Source: Phoronis australis
Lineage: Eukaryota > Animalia > Phoronida
Assembly: GCA_002633005.1 (NCBI GenBank)
Contig: NMRA01000014.1
Coordinates: 332,187 to 396,186 of the forward strand
Reading direction: 5' to 3'
DNA: 64,000 nt
How positions within the stretch are numbered: the stretch's first letter is position 1; every line of letters begins with the position of its first letter. The position numbers were made by a program, and so were the translations under genes. This document shows, piece after piece, positions 49,886 to 63,330 of this stretch. The notes below the pieces were generated by a model. It had not been told where the DNA came from. It saw only the letters and a program-made list of their open reading frames with translations, and did no database searches.

Positions 49886-52800
49886 CTGAAAATGTTTTAA
49901 GTTATACTTGTATTCCATAAGCAACACACTACATATTCACAGAGATTAACAGCTGTTGGAGGGAACCTGTCCCAGACTTTCAACTTGGAACTCTACACAC
50001 AGATACCTCCTTGTGTTCCAACAACAGTCTCGAGATCTGAGGAAATTTGTATTTGAACCAGAATCAAATTTATGGATGGATTGAGCACAAAATATTACCT
50101 ATTTCTGACAAAAATTATTCTCAAAATCGCTCATTTTCTAATGTCTTTTAACATAAAAAATTGCTTGTCTGCCAAGCCTTGATTAATGTTTGGCATAGAA
50201 CCTGCCCCATACCATTGCTCCGAGAATGGTGGAGCTGCACAAGTTCTTGAGTACTATTCTACCATAAATTAAGTACATTATAGCACCACTAGTATAGTTT
50301 AGCACAAATAGGAAACATGCCAATATCGGGGTCAATTGGGACATATTCAGAAATGTCCCTAATATATTTTAAGATTAGAGAACTCTTAAATTGCCAAAAG
50401 TCAAAGAGATTTCATTAGAAGATGAATACTGAATTTTGTGTTACTTTTTTAAAATGTACATTCGCTCAAACTTGTGAATGAGTCAGCATTAAGTTGGAAA
50501 TGGAATTGTCATGTTCCCACCATGCACATGATTGTATGCAAAATGGGCTGCTGCAAAACTAATCTGATTTCAACTATAAATTATGAAAAATAGGTGGTGA
50601 TATGCAAATTAATTTTTACTTATCCTCTGTAACACAAAAAGAAAGACCAAACTAGATCTGGCAACCCCACAGAGCGATTCATGGAACACATTGTCAAAAA
50701 GATGACCATATATAGACCAAACTAGACCAGGCAACCCCGCAGAGCGATCCAGCTTAGCTAACAAAACCCATCCCTCAGCTTGAAATTCAAATTATTCAAT
50801 TTACCTGCAGCAGACAGGAGATCACAGGAGCACGGAAGCTCTGAAGAGAAGGATGCAAATTTGCCAAGCCACATCTTGGTTTGTGGTCGAAGGTCAGCCA
50901 TAACCTTCAGAGGGTACACAGATGATGGACGCTTCCGTAGCTTGTACACTGTGGATTACGTAAAAGTGGTTTCAGAAACAGAAGAGTAAAGCACACAGCA
51001 TCCAATATGAGTCCACTACTTTAAAAGATGACTTTGTTAAAGGATCATTATTGCTTTTACAACTGAATAACACATTTTTGAGATTCTTATCGGAAGTTAC
51101 CAGCTTTAACAGAGGTATCAAAAAAAAACAATTTGGCTCAGTGGAAGAGATTTTGGCTACAACTGTCAAGTTAATGGGTTCGACTATTTCGAGGAGCACT
51201 AATTGCATTAGATGATGCAGTCAGGATAATACTTACAGTGACTTAAGAATATTACAGGATCTTGTTCATAATTGGACTTTTCCCTTAAAGGGTCAATATC
51301 GGGGAAATGCACTTAGCATCAGCATAGAATTGAGCCAGACTGTATGATTGGAGACAACTGCACATAAGAGCAGAAACATTGCTAATATGGAACTGCAGCT
51401 TTTGTGAAAAAACAAGACAATGAAACGTTAGTTGGACACAATACTGAGAAAGGCAATTTTATCGTTTTGTTTACTCTTAGTTTTTGCTTGTCTTAGAAAT
51501 TCATTATCAGGTTGACAATCAATTTGCAGCATCACTTCTCGTAAACCTCTAATGCTCATTTGTCATTACTCAGCAATAAGAAATCANGTGGATTACGTAA
51601 AAGTGGTTTCAGAAACAGAAGAGTAAAGCACACAGCATCCAATATGAGTCCACTAATTTAAAAGATGACTTTGTTAAAGGATCATTATTGCTTTTACAAC
51701 TGAATAACACATTTTTGAGATTCTTATCGGAAGTTACCAGCTTTAACAGAGGTATCAAAAAAAAAAAACAATTTGGCTCAGTGGAAGAGATTTTGGCTAC
51801 AACTGTCAAGTTAATGGGTTCAATTCTATACTGATGCTAAGTGCATTTCCCCGATATTGACCCTTTAAGGGAAAAGTCCAATTATGAACAAGATCCTGTA
51901 ATATTCTTAAGTCACTGTAAGTATTATCCTGACTGCATCATCTAATGCAATTAGTGCTCCTCGAAATAGTCGGACTTAAGATTTGAGCCAGACTGTATGA
52001 TTGGAGACTACTGCACATAAGAGCAGAAACATTGCTAATATGGAACTGCAGCTTTTGTGAAAAAACAAGACAATGAAACGTTAGTTGGACACAATACTGA
52101 GAAAGGCAATTTTATCGTTTTGTTTACTCTTAGTTTTTGCTTGTTTTAGAAATTCATTATCAGGTTGACAATCAATTTGCAACATCACTTCTCGAAAACC
52201 TCTAATGCTCATTTGTCATTACTCAGCAATAAGAAATCATCATTATATATCATGGCTGATCATAAATCTCGCAAGAAAAAAAATGCATTAACTATCAATA
52301 CAAATTATTGTCAACCAATTAACCATGTCACAGTTGAAATGAATCCATATAAAAACCTTAATGATAATGATCAATCAAAACTGATTGTGTAGTGCTCTGA
52401 CTACCTTGATCACTAGTCTTGTATTATCAAAACAAAGTTCATTTAAGATTTCCCTGAACTCACTTCTGATTACTGCAGAAAGCTGAGATTTTCCATAAGC
52501 ACATTTCAAAATATTCTAAACAGACTTCATCATAACTGTGTCATACTCTGTTGAATTTGTACAAAGTAACATACTGGCAAAGTTAATTGCAACATTTGTA
52601 GCAGAACAATGACATTTTTGTTAAACTCCAGGTCATACAACCTTATTGTACATAGTGGCTAGCTATTAATTAGTTCAAAGGCAAGTTGTTGAGGTGTTTT
52701 TGACAAAATGCGTGGAACACCTCCTGTAGTGATCAGTATGTCGAGATTTAGCCCAAACTGAAAGGTACTCCTGACAAAAAGGAAATTCCTTGTGATATCG

Positions 52801-55800
52801 TGTGTCACAACTTTAACAATATTTGACATTGCCCTCTTTACTTTGAGAAGTTTAGTAGGCAGACATCCGAAATAGAAATTTTGCAGCCCTCACTTTTAAT
52901 ATATTTTTCTGTTACAGGGACTGGTATGGAAGCCAAAAGAACCCTTAGTTTTTTGATAATTCAAGGCTGACAGTCAAGGGTGAAGGGAATAAACATGTCT
53001 AATAACATAATCATTGGTTTTGTTACATTAAAAGTGACTTATGACTACCCTTCCAACTCACAATTACCAAATTAAGTTTTGCCACATACTTGCTAGTTCA
53101 GGACATTTCCACTAATGCTACGCCTTGTAAGAAACTAGCAATAAGTGGAAGATTTTAGAAGACCTTGAAGTTCTGCTGAGGAGAAAAAAATTCTCTTGGA
53201 AATAGTTGCCTGGTGTCCCAAGTCACTTTTCATGAAATGGTTCCCAGGCTTTGGAAGAAGAACTGACAGCTTGTGATGCTGATTGGCAACTCACCATGTG
53301 AGGCACTACACACTGCAGTAAGCAGATCCTCCTCACGCACACTGGCAAAACAGAGTGGACAGCTAGCCTCATAAAGGACAGTGGGTGGGACCACCCTCAA
53401 ATTGCCGATTGGCTCCACAGAATCTGATCTTGATACCGGAACTACCTGGGGCTCAGTGTTGTTTGCTGAAATAACAAGCACTGATGTACAAAAAGCAAGG
53501 TATTGTCACATAACGCCAAATAATCATAATAATAATAATAATATAATAATAATTACTTTATTTATAGAGGATAAAAAACATGTTAAGCGTAAAACTTATC
53601 AACCACATGGTCCTCGAAATTACAAAAAATAGATAAATAAAATAAATAAATAAGATGAACAATGATATGAACAGATGAATGAAAAATGAAATAAATAAGT
53701 AAGTTAATTAATATATACAATTTTGACATGCATGGGGATATACAGTTAACTAGATAATAAATAAGTTATTAAGTTACTTCTAAATGCACGTTTGACAGTA
53801 ACTGATTTAATAGAAAATGGTAAACCATTCCAGGCAATCACTCCATCTACAAAGAAAGAATCTGTACTTGGATGTTTTGTAGTTTGGTAAAACTAAATTG
53901 CCAGCATTTGAGTACCTGGTATGTCTCGAATGTTTATTACGTACTAGAGAAAGTTCATTAGCTAAATACTGAGGAACATCCTTGTGGAGACATTTAAAAA
54001 TCATGCACAGTCTGCGCAAAACATAATATTTATTAATTGGCATCCACCGAATATTTGCAAACAAAGTCACAGATGGTGCCTCATAGTTTCCAAGAATAAT
54101 TCTTACAGCCTGCTTCTGAATTTTGACAAGTTTATTCATAATATTAGTGCAACAACTTGACCATACAGAGATGCAGTAAGTGAAATGTGACATAATACAT
54201 GCATTGAAAAATTTAATTCTACCCTCGATTGGTAAAAATTGCTTAATTCGCTTCAATAATCTCAATCCCTGTCTAATTTTACCCAAGATAAACTACTAAC
54301 TCTGAATTTTAACTCCTAATAATTTCTCACTAGTGCCTTCCACAGTCTCTTACCAGACATAAAAAGATTAAGTTATATTTGGTTTCTAGCCTTTTTTGCT
54401 TTGAAGCAAGACACATATATTTGGTATTCTTTATATTAATTATCATTTTATTGTCATTACACCACTCTTCAACGCAGTTTAAGTCATTCTGCAGTGTATG
54501 CTCAATATCCCCAATACAGTTACTGGTATAATGAAGAGGGGAATCATCCGCTTACATATCAGTTCGAACATTCATGTACAGTCATGTGGTAGATCATTTA
54601 TAAAAATTAAAAATTGGAGAGGACCCAATATAGATCCTTGAGGCACTCCGTGTGTTATTTCAACTGGACTCAAAGTTTGCCCCCCAGGGATACCAACTGG
54701 ACTCTCTTATGTAAATAAGACTTGAACCGTGAAAGTGCCTCCACAGATACATTATAAAGAGACAATTTCCTAATTACAATCTCATGATCCATTAAATCCA
54801 ACGCTTTCTTAAAATCAATTAATAAAATGCCAGTCAAATGGTTGTAATAGAATCTCAGGGGTTACAGGGACTATAAACTTGACACACTTTTATCAGGAAA
54901 TTTAATAATTCATTACCCACTCCGATGTGGGGACAATTTACCCCTGGTCTGGCAGTGAAACTACTTTTAAGTGAATGGTGAGATGCCTTGAATGTCAACA
55001 CAACATTCATATAATGAAACTCTTCTCGGCGGCCAAATTTACGAACCAATAACCCCGCACGACATTAACTTTATACAGTAGAGCACTTTTGCGACAAGCC
55101 TCTTTAGTTAACCCAATATCTACAACTAGAACTGGGGTTCAGGAAAAGCACAATGGAGTCGCATTATAATGTAACTGTCGTTTATTACTTTTGACCATTC
55201 AATTCTTTCTACAATTCGTTTTTAACGAACACAGATACACTTGTAACAAATGCATGTTTGAGGATGGCCTAACCACCAAATAACTATGTCGCGGTCGAAC
55301 CACTGTTCAGCCTTGATCGTAATCTGGTGGTCTTAAAAGTTCACGATAATTCTCGTGGAAAATAGATAGAATTTTGAAGCAAAACCTTGCGGTAAATTTT
55401 CAACAATTTTGGTGTCATTTTCTGCCCAACTTTCTTCCGGATTTTCGCCATGACTTCGACCAACAAAAATAGTCAATTCTTGAAATTAGCGTTACTTTTC
55501 GTCCGATTTTCATCGGTAATTTTGCTTTACGACAAAAATGTATGTGCTTGAACATGGTCACCCGTCGCTCTCATTTTGAAAGGCAAAAAACTTTACAGAT
55601 TACTTAGAATACTATGGCACTGGTCAAATTAGACCGTTGCGGATTCATAAATTCGTGAAATTTGTTACTCTGGAATTTTAACTCAGGTTTACTAATATTC
55701 CACACTAATTTCGGTGTATACTTTGAAATTATTAGTGTATATTAAATTCTTTACGGATATAAAATTCAAAACAACGAAAACTGCTTTACTGCATAGTAAT

Positions 55801-58800
55801 GCTAAAAGTTAATTCAAACACAGCTGATCTGACCGAAGCGACCTCAGCTATAACTCTAAACCGATATTAACAAAGAGAGCACGTACGGAGGTCAAAATTT
55901 TATGAAGATTTTGAATCTTCTATTAGTTTAAATCAATCAGAACCGCAAAAAAGCGAAAACAGACGTGTTGTTTCATCAGGCAACTCTCATCTCAATGCCA
56001 TCAGCTAATGTGTATTAGCATGAAATCGCATGTTATCGACCAAATAAAGTAATGTGGTTTACTCAGAAATTTCGAACGACCCGAAAGTGAGGGGATGATT
56101 TTCAGGCTGCTCTATCACAACCAAACCACGTCATGAACTTTTTATGATTCTTTGGTAAATTGCCTTGAAATCAATTAATTTCATTAAATGGACTTCCATC
56201 AAATGATATCACTTACTATTCATTATGAACTTAAACAAGAGCAACGTTGTGTATAGGTATGCGACCAGTGTAGTTACATGGGATAACAATTATCTTAAAC
56301 ATAAACACTAAAGGGAGCACAGCTGGTACAGTTAACATAATCTCCAGAAAGTGAAAGGTAAGTCAGCAATGCAGCCCTAAACAGGTAAACACCTGTCATT
56401 TTTTATAATGATTCTTCAAGCAGTTTGAAGGATAGGGTGTGCACACTAACACCTGGTGTCATTACTTAGCACGTCATGAAATGACAATTTTACGCTATTA
56501 TGCACCTCACAGAACTACATACCCTGTTTTAAGTTGCTTTAACTTTCAAATTGATTTCCATGATAAAAATTTTGCTAATTTTATTTCAGTCACTCCAGTC
56601 ATTAATCAAAAAATCTTGCAGTAAATCATTTCGGTCCCAGACCATGGTCACACGAGACCCTTATACCATGTTTCGGCTTGAATTTTGATAAATACATAAG
56701 AAACATTACCTTCCGTTGGCGGCATGAGAGGCTCTATCACGCGGACCTGTAAACCTTCGTTGATGGCGTCCTCAAGGTCAGGACCAGTGTAGAAGGGGAT
56801 CTCCAGTTTTGTACCACAAATCTTACGCAAACTGTAGGTGGTCACAGCAAACTGGTCTAGAATGGATGCAGTAATAATGACAGGAGGTGCGATGAGCGCT
56901 GATTATCAGTTACCTCGACAGTGACTTTTGCCTGTGCTAAGCTTTTATGACCTTCAAGGCAAGTTGCATATCTTTGTGTCAGAATTGTTTAAGAATATCA
57001 TTGAGTATTTTCGAAAAGCACTGATTTCATTGACAAAAGACTGTTACTACTGTCAGGCACTTGACAGCCCAGGAGCAATGGACGATACATTTTTGTGTGA
57101 AGGTGAAGCGTTCCGGGTTTGTATATGAAACTACACAGAACTGCAGATCTGCTCTTGAACAGAAAGCTCCTAATCAAACAGGCATAATTTATGTTAGTTT
57201 TATCTTAAAATACGGGTGACAAAAATAACTGCAGCAAAGCGTAGATTCTTTAGAAACTTCTCGATTTATGTCACCGGTAATATTTCTTTCACATGACCGA
57301 CATGGCTTGTAATAAAATTCATTTCCAAAATATCCACAAAAGGTCAGGTGGCATGGTTGCTTATTACAAATGTTTACAGTGATTAATAATGAAGAAATAA
57401 TCTTATAACACTTCCAAACCAGAGAACAAGGCATCAGTGTCGAAATTGGACCTCGACAGAACCAAAACATTATGACATTTTCCTGATGTTTCAAACTTGT
57501 TCGATTCTATAGCCCAACTACAAGTTGGGAAGAGGACATCCCGTAGTCAATATCTTATACGACAGATTAACTCCATTCTGGCATTTATGATTGAGGGCCA
57601 GCTCTCTTTTGTTTGATAATTGCTCTAATCTCCAATAAGGTCATATCTAGACTGACTGGGCTGCGTTGTTTAAAATAAAAGTTTAAGTTATAACATATTT
57701 TTGATCCTAAACCAATAGCATTATTTCTGAATTCCCAGTCAAATGCTCATCATTCCTAGTTTTTGAAGCACCTAAGCCGCCCAACTACAACCGAAGTTAC
57801 GACAATCTATTTTTTCCGAATGTACCAATTCGCTCTGGGTTTGACTGTGTTCACAGTTGGTCTGTAATAAGCCTGGTAGATAATTGGCCTGTCTGTTGTC
57901 ATACCAGATAAAAAACTTGGTTTGGCAGTTAACAAAGGAGCTAGATGTTATCACACGCTCACAACCATCTACGTCTAGTAAAGTCACTGAACGGAAGAAT
58001 GCCATAATGAAGTTATGACCCATCACAGTCCTGCCGCACACTAAGAATTATCCATGGAGCTAAATGTATGGTGAGATGGTAGTAATCACACTGACCTCGT
58101 TCATAGTAGTCGTATACTCTGATTGTGGAGGGTTTAGGCTGCTCAACTTCAATGGTCTGCTCAATCTCGAATTGAAAACAAGTTGCCACACCACTGATCT
58201 GGAAAGACGAAGAATCAACACAATTCTCCATTAATGTTGCTTTCCCATTAGTTAACATTTATTTACGGCATTTTCCCGTTGCTCCCAACCTGTTCGATTC
58301 TATAACCCAACAACAAGATGGGAAGTTTACCCCAGGGCCAGTAGCCAAAATCTTACACGACAGATTAACTATTCTGGCATTCATGGGCCAGCTCTCTTTT
58401 GTTCGATATTTGCTATAATCTCCAATAAGGCCGTATCTAGACTGGCTGGGCAGTGTTCTTAAAAAAAGTTAAGTTATAACATATTTGAACATAAACCAAT
58501 AGGATTTCTGAAATTGTCGTCAAATGGTGATCATGTTTAGGTTTTGAATCGCCAAAATCGCCCAAATGCAACCGAAGTTACGATAACCTATTCTTTTGGA
58601 ATGTATCAATTCACTCTGGGTTTGCCGGTGTCCACACATGGTCTGTAATAAGCCTGGTAGATAATTGGCCTGTCTGTTGTCATTACAGACAAAAGATTAT
58701 GCGTGGCAGTTAACAAACAAGCTACATATTATCACACACTCAGAACCCCCTACGTCTGGTAAAGTCACTAAACGGGAAAAGGCTATCATGAACTCAAGTC

Positions 58801-60724
58801 TATTATAACTGTGTCAAAACCCCCAGCCCAACACTTAGCAGTAACTCATCTCCAGTAGCATTATTAGTGTTACTGTTACTTCTAGACATCAAGCATCAGA
58901 GGGAAGAGCCGATTAACACTCTTGACTGAACACAAGTGCATTACACAAAAGCGATAGAATCAGCAGTGTATGAATTGAAAGTGGTCTTTCTAATGTTTTC
59001 ATTACACATGACTATTGATTGATCCCAGGCAGATCATACAGAAACTCTTGACAGGACAAAGAAGTTGCCACCAACACAAGAGACACACCTCATCAAAATA
59101 GAAGTGCACAAATTTCGGGTCAACATCGTATCTCTTCAATCTAAGGGCACGATTCTTCATCAACCTCTTCAGACTCGATTTCACTGGAATCCAACCAGAA
59201 ATCATCTTCACCTCAACGACGGCCATGTTTGAAGCTCCATCTTCACCGCGGTAACTAGAAAATAACGACAACCATGCATCAGTAATAAGTGTCATGCATG
59301 TTGAAAACATGACTTTGCATGACGGCAGCAATCACACAACCTTCATGGGTTATTTCAAGGCTTATTCAATGACACGCAACTAAGACTCTGTATTTGGCGT
59401 GGGTGTTTTTTAACAAGTCTGCAGCACACGGAGAAACACGCAAGCCATAAACATGGACACTTGTCAATAACAATAGCATACTGTTGCAAGCAGTGACTTA
59501 CCTGGTACAGATGTTAAGCAGTCTTAGGTTACATTGTGGGGCACGTTTGGTGGCCACTTTGAGCAAGAAGGCTGCTGCTGGCTTCCTGGGGACATCCATG
59601 TTATACTTGACGTTGGCCTAAAAGGAACAATGAACAACAACTGTACTAAGAGTTCACATGAACATCAGAAGAGTAAGAATTATCATGCCATTATCACTGG
59701 TACTGAAGCAAGAAAATCAAGTTCTTAGCTCATTCTAATGAACCGACATGGCTATAATATGCAGAAAATTAGCTAAAATGGTTCCACCAGTTAATATGCA
59801 ATACATAATGGATAATGCTTTTAAGTTTCCATTGCAACTGCCCATATTGACAGAGGACTTGCAGAGCAAGGGAATTCTTTTAAGAGTTTCCGAACACAAA
59901 AACCTTCCAATGTGAGAATTTAGTGTTCCCTACGGTGCAAAAACTAAGTAATTAGTTGAACTGGGATTTTGTATTTTTTGCTTGTCAAAAACTGTGTTCG
60001 AAGCATACTCAAATCATAGCAAGTCAAAACAACAAACAAGTTTGGATGATTTTCATCCACGACTCTAACCTGAAGAAGGGCACAACCAGATCCAGTGACT
60101 TTGTAAGCCACAACTGCTGGGAGATTGTCTACTGAGACTGACTGTAGAACAAGACTATTGGATGCTGTCACTGTCAACTCGGTCTCGGGTTGGTTGGGAA
60201 TATCCAACAGGACAGCGAGATCAATTCCATCTTTGTAAGCCAGAGCTGCATATCTGGCCAGTGCTTGAAGAGCAATAACCGTATCCTGGGGGGAAAACAG
60301 AAAATATTATGTGAAGAACAAAGCAATGCAAAGATCAGAGATCTAGGTTCTCCTGTCAGTTTTTCACGGAAGAATACTTTGAATAAAAGGACTCACATAT
60401 AACCTGCATTTGCCATTTCACAAACAAGACTTGACTAATGCTTATTCTAGAGACCAATGGCAGGTCAGAAAAACTAGACACAGGGTAAAACTCTTTGTAC
60501 CTGTGTTGATGCAAATCCTCCGTACCCATTCCTCTGTCGACTCAACCAACGAACAACAGGTAATCCTTTCACCAGGACGTCATCGCCACCCTCTGCAATC
60601 ATGGCCAGGAGCGCATAAGCGGACATCTCCACAGAGGCAGCGTTCGTCTGGCCATATGGACGGAACCAATCACTGCCACTGGCTTTTCTTCTGGAGTCTG
60701 GATTGTGCCAGTGCATAAGTCCAT
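49713..60724 (-). CDS. A2M: Alpha-2-macroglobulin-like thioester-family protein, 3' portion (9 exons, about 485 aa) with C-terminal NTR-like module
   Basis: complement(join(49713-49885,50805-50948,53295-53465,56710-56856,58096-58198,59089-59254,59502-59617,60070-60285,60501-60724)); GT-AG and phase-consistent; motifs [48 protein letters not shown]; the gene starts beyond the window. Confidence 0.9.
50805..50948 (-). CDS. A2M-like exon (NTR-like)
   Basis: ccacag|TGTAC...GCAG|gtaaat; VYKLRKR...[12 protein letters not shown]. Confidence 0.8.
50951..52239. repeat. Near-identical tandem duplication across a 1-nt N gap (probable uncollapsed haplotypes)
   Basis: 50951-51586 is repeated at 51588-52239 with N at 51587; an internal segment of about 150 bp is inverted in the second copy. 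Confidence 0.9.
53295..53465 (-). CDS. A2M-like exon (linker + start of NTR-like module)
   Basis: atttcag|CAAAC...CATG|gtgagt; ...[26 protein letters not shown]. Confidence 0.8.
53519..54850 (-). mobile_element. 5'-truncated CR1/L2-group LINE in an A2M intron
   Basis: [48 protein letters not shown]...IQKQAVRII; 3' end with AATAAA and a (TTA)n tail. Confidence 0.9.
56710..56856 (-). CDS. A2M-like exon (end of receptor-binding domain + linker)
   Basis: ttctag|ACCAG...GAAG|gtaat; [22 protein letters not shown]. Confidence 0.85.
57498..58793. repeat. Direct repeats of about 510 bp flanking one A2M exon
   Basis: 57498-58012 and 58291-58793 align along their length (tgttcgattctata...ggtctgtaataagcctggtagataattggcctgtctgttgtcat...aaagtcact). 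Confidence 0.85.
58096..58198 (-). CDS. A2M-like exon (receptor-binding domain)
   Basis: ttccag|ATCAG...CGAG|gtcagt; [14 protein letters not shown]...[12 protein letters not shown]. Confidence 0.92.
59089..59254 (-). CDS. A2M-like exon (receptor-binding domain)
   Basis: ttctag|TTACC...TGAG|gtgtgt; [23 protein letters not shown]...HFYFDE. Confidence 0.93.
59502..59617 (-). CDS. A2M-like exon
   Basis: ttttag|GCCAAC...CCAG|gtaagt; [10 protein letters not shown]...LLNICT. Confidence 0.88.
60070..60285 (-). CDS. A2M-like exon (TED end / CUB)
   Basis: ccccag|GATAC...TCAG|gttaga; [14 protein letters not shown]...[10 protein letters not shown]. Confidence 0.93.
60501..60724 (-). CDS. A2M-like exon (thioester domain, C-terminal part)
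   Basis: ttttcag|ATGGA...ACAG|gtacaa; MHWH...[10 protein letters not shown]...[19 protein letters not shown]. Confidence 0.95.
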
Positions 60725-61489
60725 CTGAAAAAACAACAAAATTGAATGTCATTCTTGATATGAAACATTTCAAACTGTCAACACTTATGCCAAGATGTTT
60801 CAGGTTTGGCAACATACTTTGGAACCAGTAGACCAATGAGTGAAAAATGATTTGCATAACGAAATCATCTATTTTCAAGAACTTGCTTGATATATACATT
60901 TGGTAATTTTTTCAAAGATTTAAATTAATTTTATTCTTCAACAATATGAAAACTTATAAATGTAAAGGGTGAACAAGGAAAAAGGGGGGGGTTACTTTCA
61001 CACACTCATTCACACACGTCATCGTTTAATAGAAATAACACTAAACAATTTTTGAATTTAATATATAACAGATTCAGTACTGGTAACATAATTAATCAAC
61101 AGGGAAAATTCAGGAGAACTCAAATGGCAAGATGTGAATTCATTCTTCATTATTTTGACATCTTCCTTAAGGGAGTGTTCAGTATTCTGCACAAAATTAC
61201 AGTAGAGACATTTATCTGATTTAACAAAGAGTAAAGCCTAGTGTACACTCAGGCCTTAAATATGAACACAACCAGCTGTAAGCAGGTTACTGGCAACTGA
61301 GAGAAACTGATGGAAATTGACAATGGCGAATGCTTGGACAATAGACGTCATCATAAAGTGAAATCTATGGCTTGGACTGATTCTGCGAATGATGCTGTCC
61401 TTGAAATGTGGATATTTACTCCAAACTTAATCCTTAAGGATTATATGAATAGAAAACTGGTCTATTGCATAACAAGAGCAATGTGGATC

Positions 61490-63330
61490 GTTGACATGTG
61501 AGAGATACAGCAACAAAATTACCACTAGGAGGCGCCACAGTAGTCAAAATCATCGGAAAATTATGATCAGCCATCCTCTTCATAGTAAGAACATACATGC
61601 CAATATTCACAATCATCCTTAGAGCAATTTGGTTGATAGAGAGATGGGTGGACGCCAAAAAACAGAGTAAAAAAAAACTGTAAAACTACTAAGTGGTGCA
61701 AACAACGTGAAATCCATCCGAAAACGAGAGGAGAGCGTCATCTCACTAACAAATGCCTATATGTCAAATTTTATGCAAATACGTTGAGGACCTTTGAAGA
61801 TACACAGGTAAAATGTAAAAAAATAAAATTGCCAGTAGGGTACACACCGGTAGTTAGATTCGTCCAAAAGTTGTCGCCATCCATTGCCAACATCATGTAA
61901 ATCAATGCACTTGCTAAATCTAGTAAAGATCCTGCAAACGGTTTAGGAGATAAAGCTACATGGAGGCGCCATGGTAGTCGAAGACATTTTGGAAAATCAT
62001 CGTCAGCCATCTTCTTCATAGAAACATAAACGTGCCTGTGCCTTCTGAGAGGGGATTTTTTTCACCGACTGAGGGGAAAAATCTACCTCGCGATCACCAT
62101 CAATAGCACTCCCGCCCTGTTACAAGCTCTCATAGGCTCTGTCTCAAGTAGCATTTTGTGTGCTTTCAAATTGTCACCTGTGTGGTTACAGGTGATTTGA
62201 ACTTTGCAGAAGAGAAATTTTCACTCACTAGGGCAATTTCTAGGACTCGTGGGGGGAATTTCGTGTGATTTTTCATTTCTTTGACAGGGGAATAGGGACG
62301 ACATTTGGCCCCAAAATCAAAAAAATGCAACATGTTTCAACCCGTAGTCACGAAAACAGCCTGGCTGGCTGAAGATTCTCCGGTCGTTCGTATGATATAT
62401 GCTCCGGCAGCAACCGAGATGAGACAAAATATGATCTAACTTTTCGAAATCATTTTTAAATTTTACACAGACATATTTTTCTTTGTCGCGGCATATGTCA
62501 ACGACCCAACGCTTCCGAATCTCAACGTCCATAGGAATTGTAAAACAGACAGTTAAATGTCCGTATTTTTCTAGCCGTTTGAGCAACGCGGAATACAACT
62601 AAGCCGATAAGCCAACAGAGCTGTCGTAGTGAGCCTCGTTTTGGAACGCGCCTCCTGTTGGCGTGAATTTGGTCTATAACACAAACATTTTCAGTCATTA
62701 TGACTTCTCAAATTATTACAAATTTCATTCAGAACTATATCCCTTTCTCTGTCTTCGAGTTCTTTTATGCCATTCCATCGTTTTGCTAAATTTAATAAAG
62801 ATCCTGCAAACAGTTCGGGAAATACAGCCAAGGGCGCAAAAAACAAAACTGCCACTAGGAGGCGCCACAGCAGTGGAAGTCGTCGGAAAACCATTGTCAG
62901 CCATAATTTTCATTGTAAGAACACACACGCCAATTTTCACAATCACCCTAAGAGGGATTTGGTCAATAGAGGGGTGGACGTCACAAAAATGGTAAAATGG
63001 CCACTACGTGGTGCAAACTATGTTGAATCCATCCAAAAAAGAGAGAATAGTGTCATCTCACCAACAGATTCCAAATTATGTGAAAATACGTCGAGGATGT
63101 CCGAAGATACAGAGGTGAGCGTAAGAAACTAAAATTGCCACCAGGGGCACACCCGTAGTCGAAGATATCCGAAATTTGTAGTCATCCATCATCAGTTTGA
63201 TAGGAACACATCTATCAAATATCATCAAAATCATGCCATCGGTTTAGGAGATACAGCTGCGAACGCTGGATGCCCAGACAGAGATGATGGCAATATGTGA
63301 CCTCATGTAAATATGTAGGCGCATAAAAAC
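61490..63330 (-). mobile_element. Helentron-associated repeat (third copy), interrupted at about 62030-62770
   Basis: Same ccactaggaggcgccacag...ggaaaa units; ends GGCGCATAAAAA as at 23312. Confidence 0.65.
62400..62630 (-). pseudogene. Degenerate THAP-like relic
   Basis: CFTIPMDVEIRKRWVVDICRD resembles the THAP FxxPxDxxxRxxWxxxIxR segment; the Zn ligands are decayed. Confidence 0.4.

Noticed and set aside
54860-55460. Cys-rich N-terminus of a hATm/Chapaev-like transposase on the minus strand
   Set aside because: Fragments in different frames only; cannot be assigned without a search.
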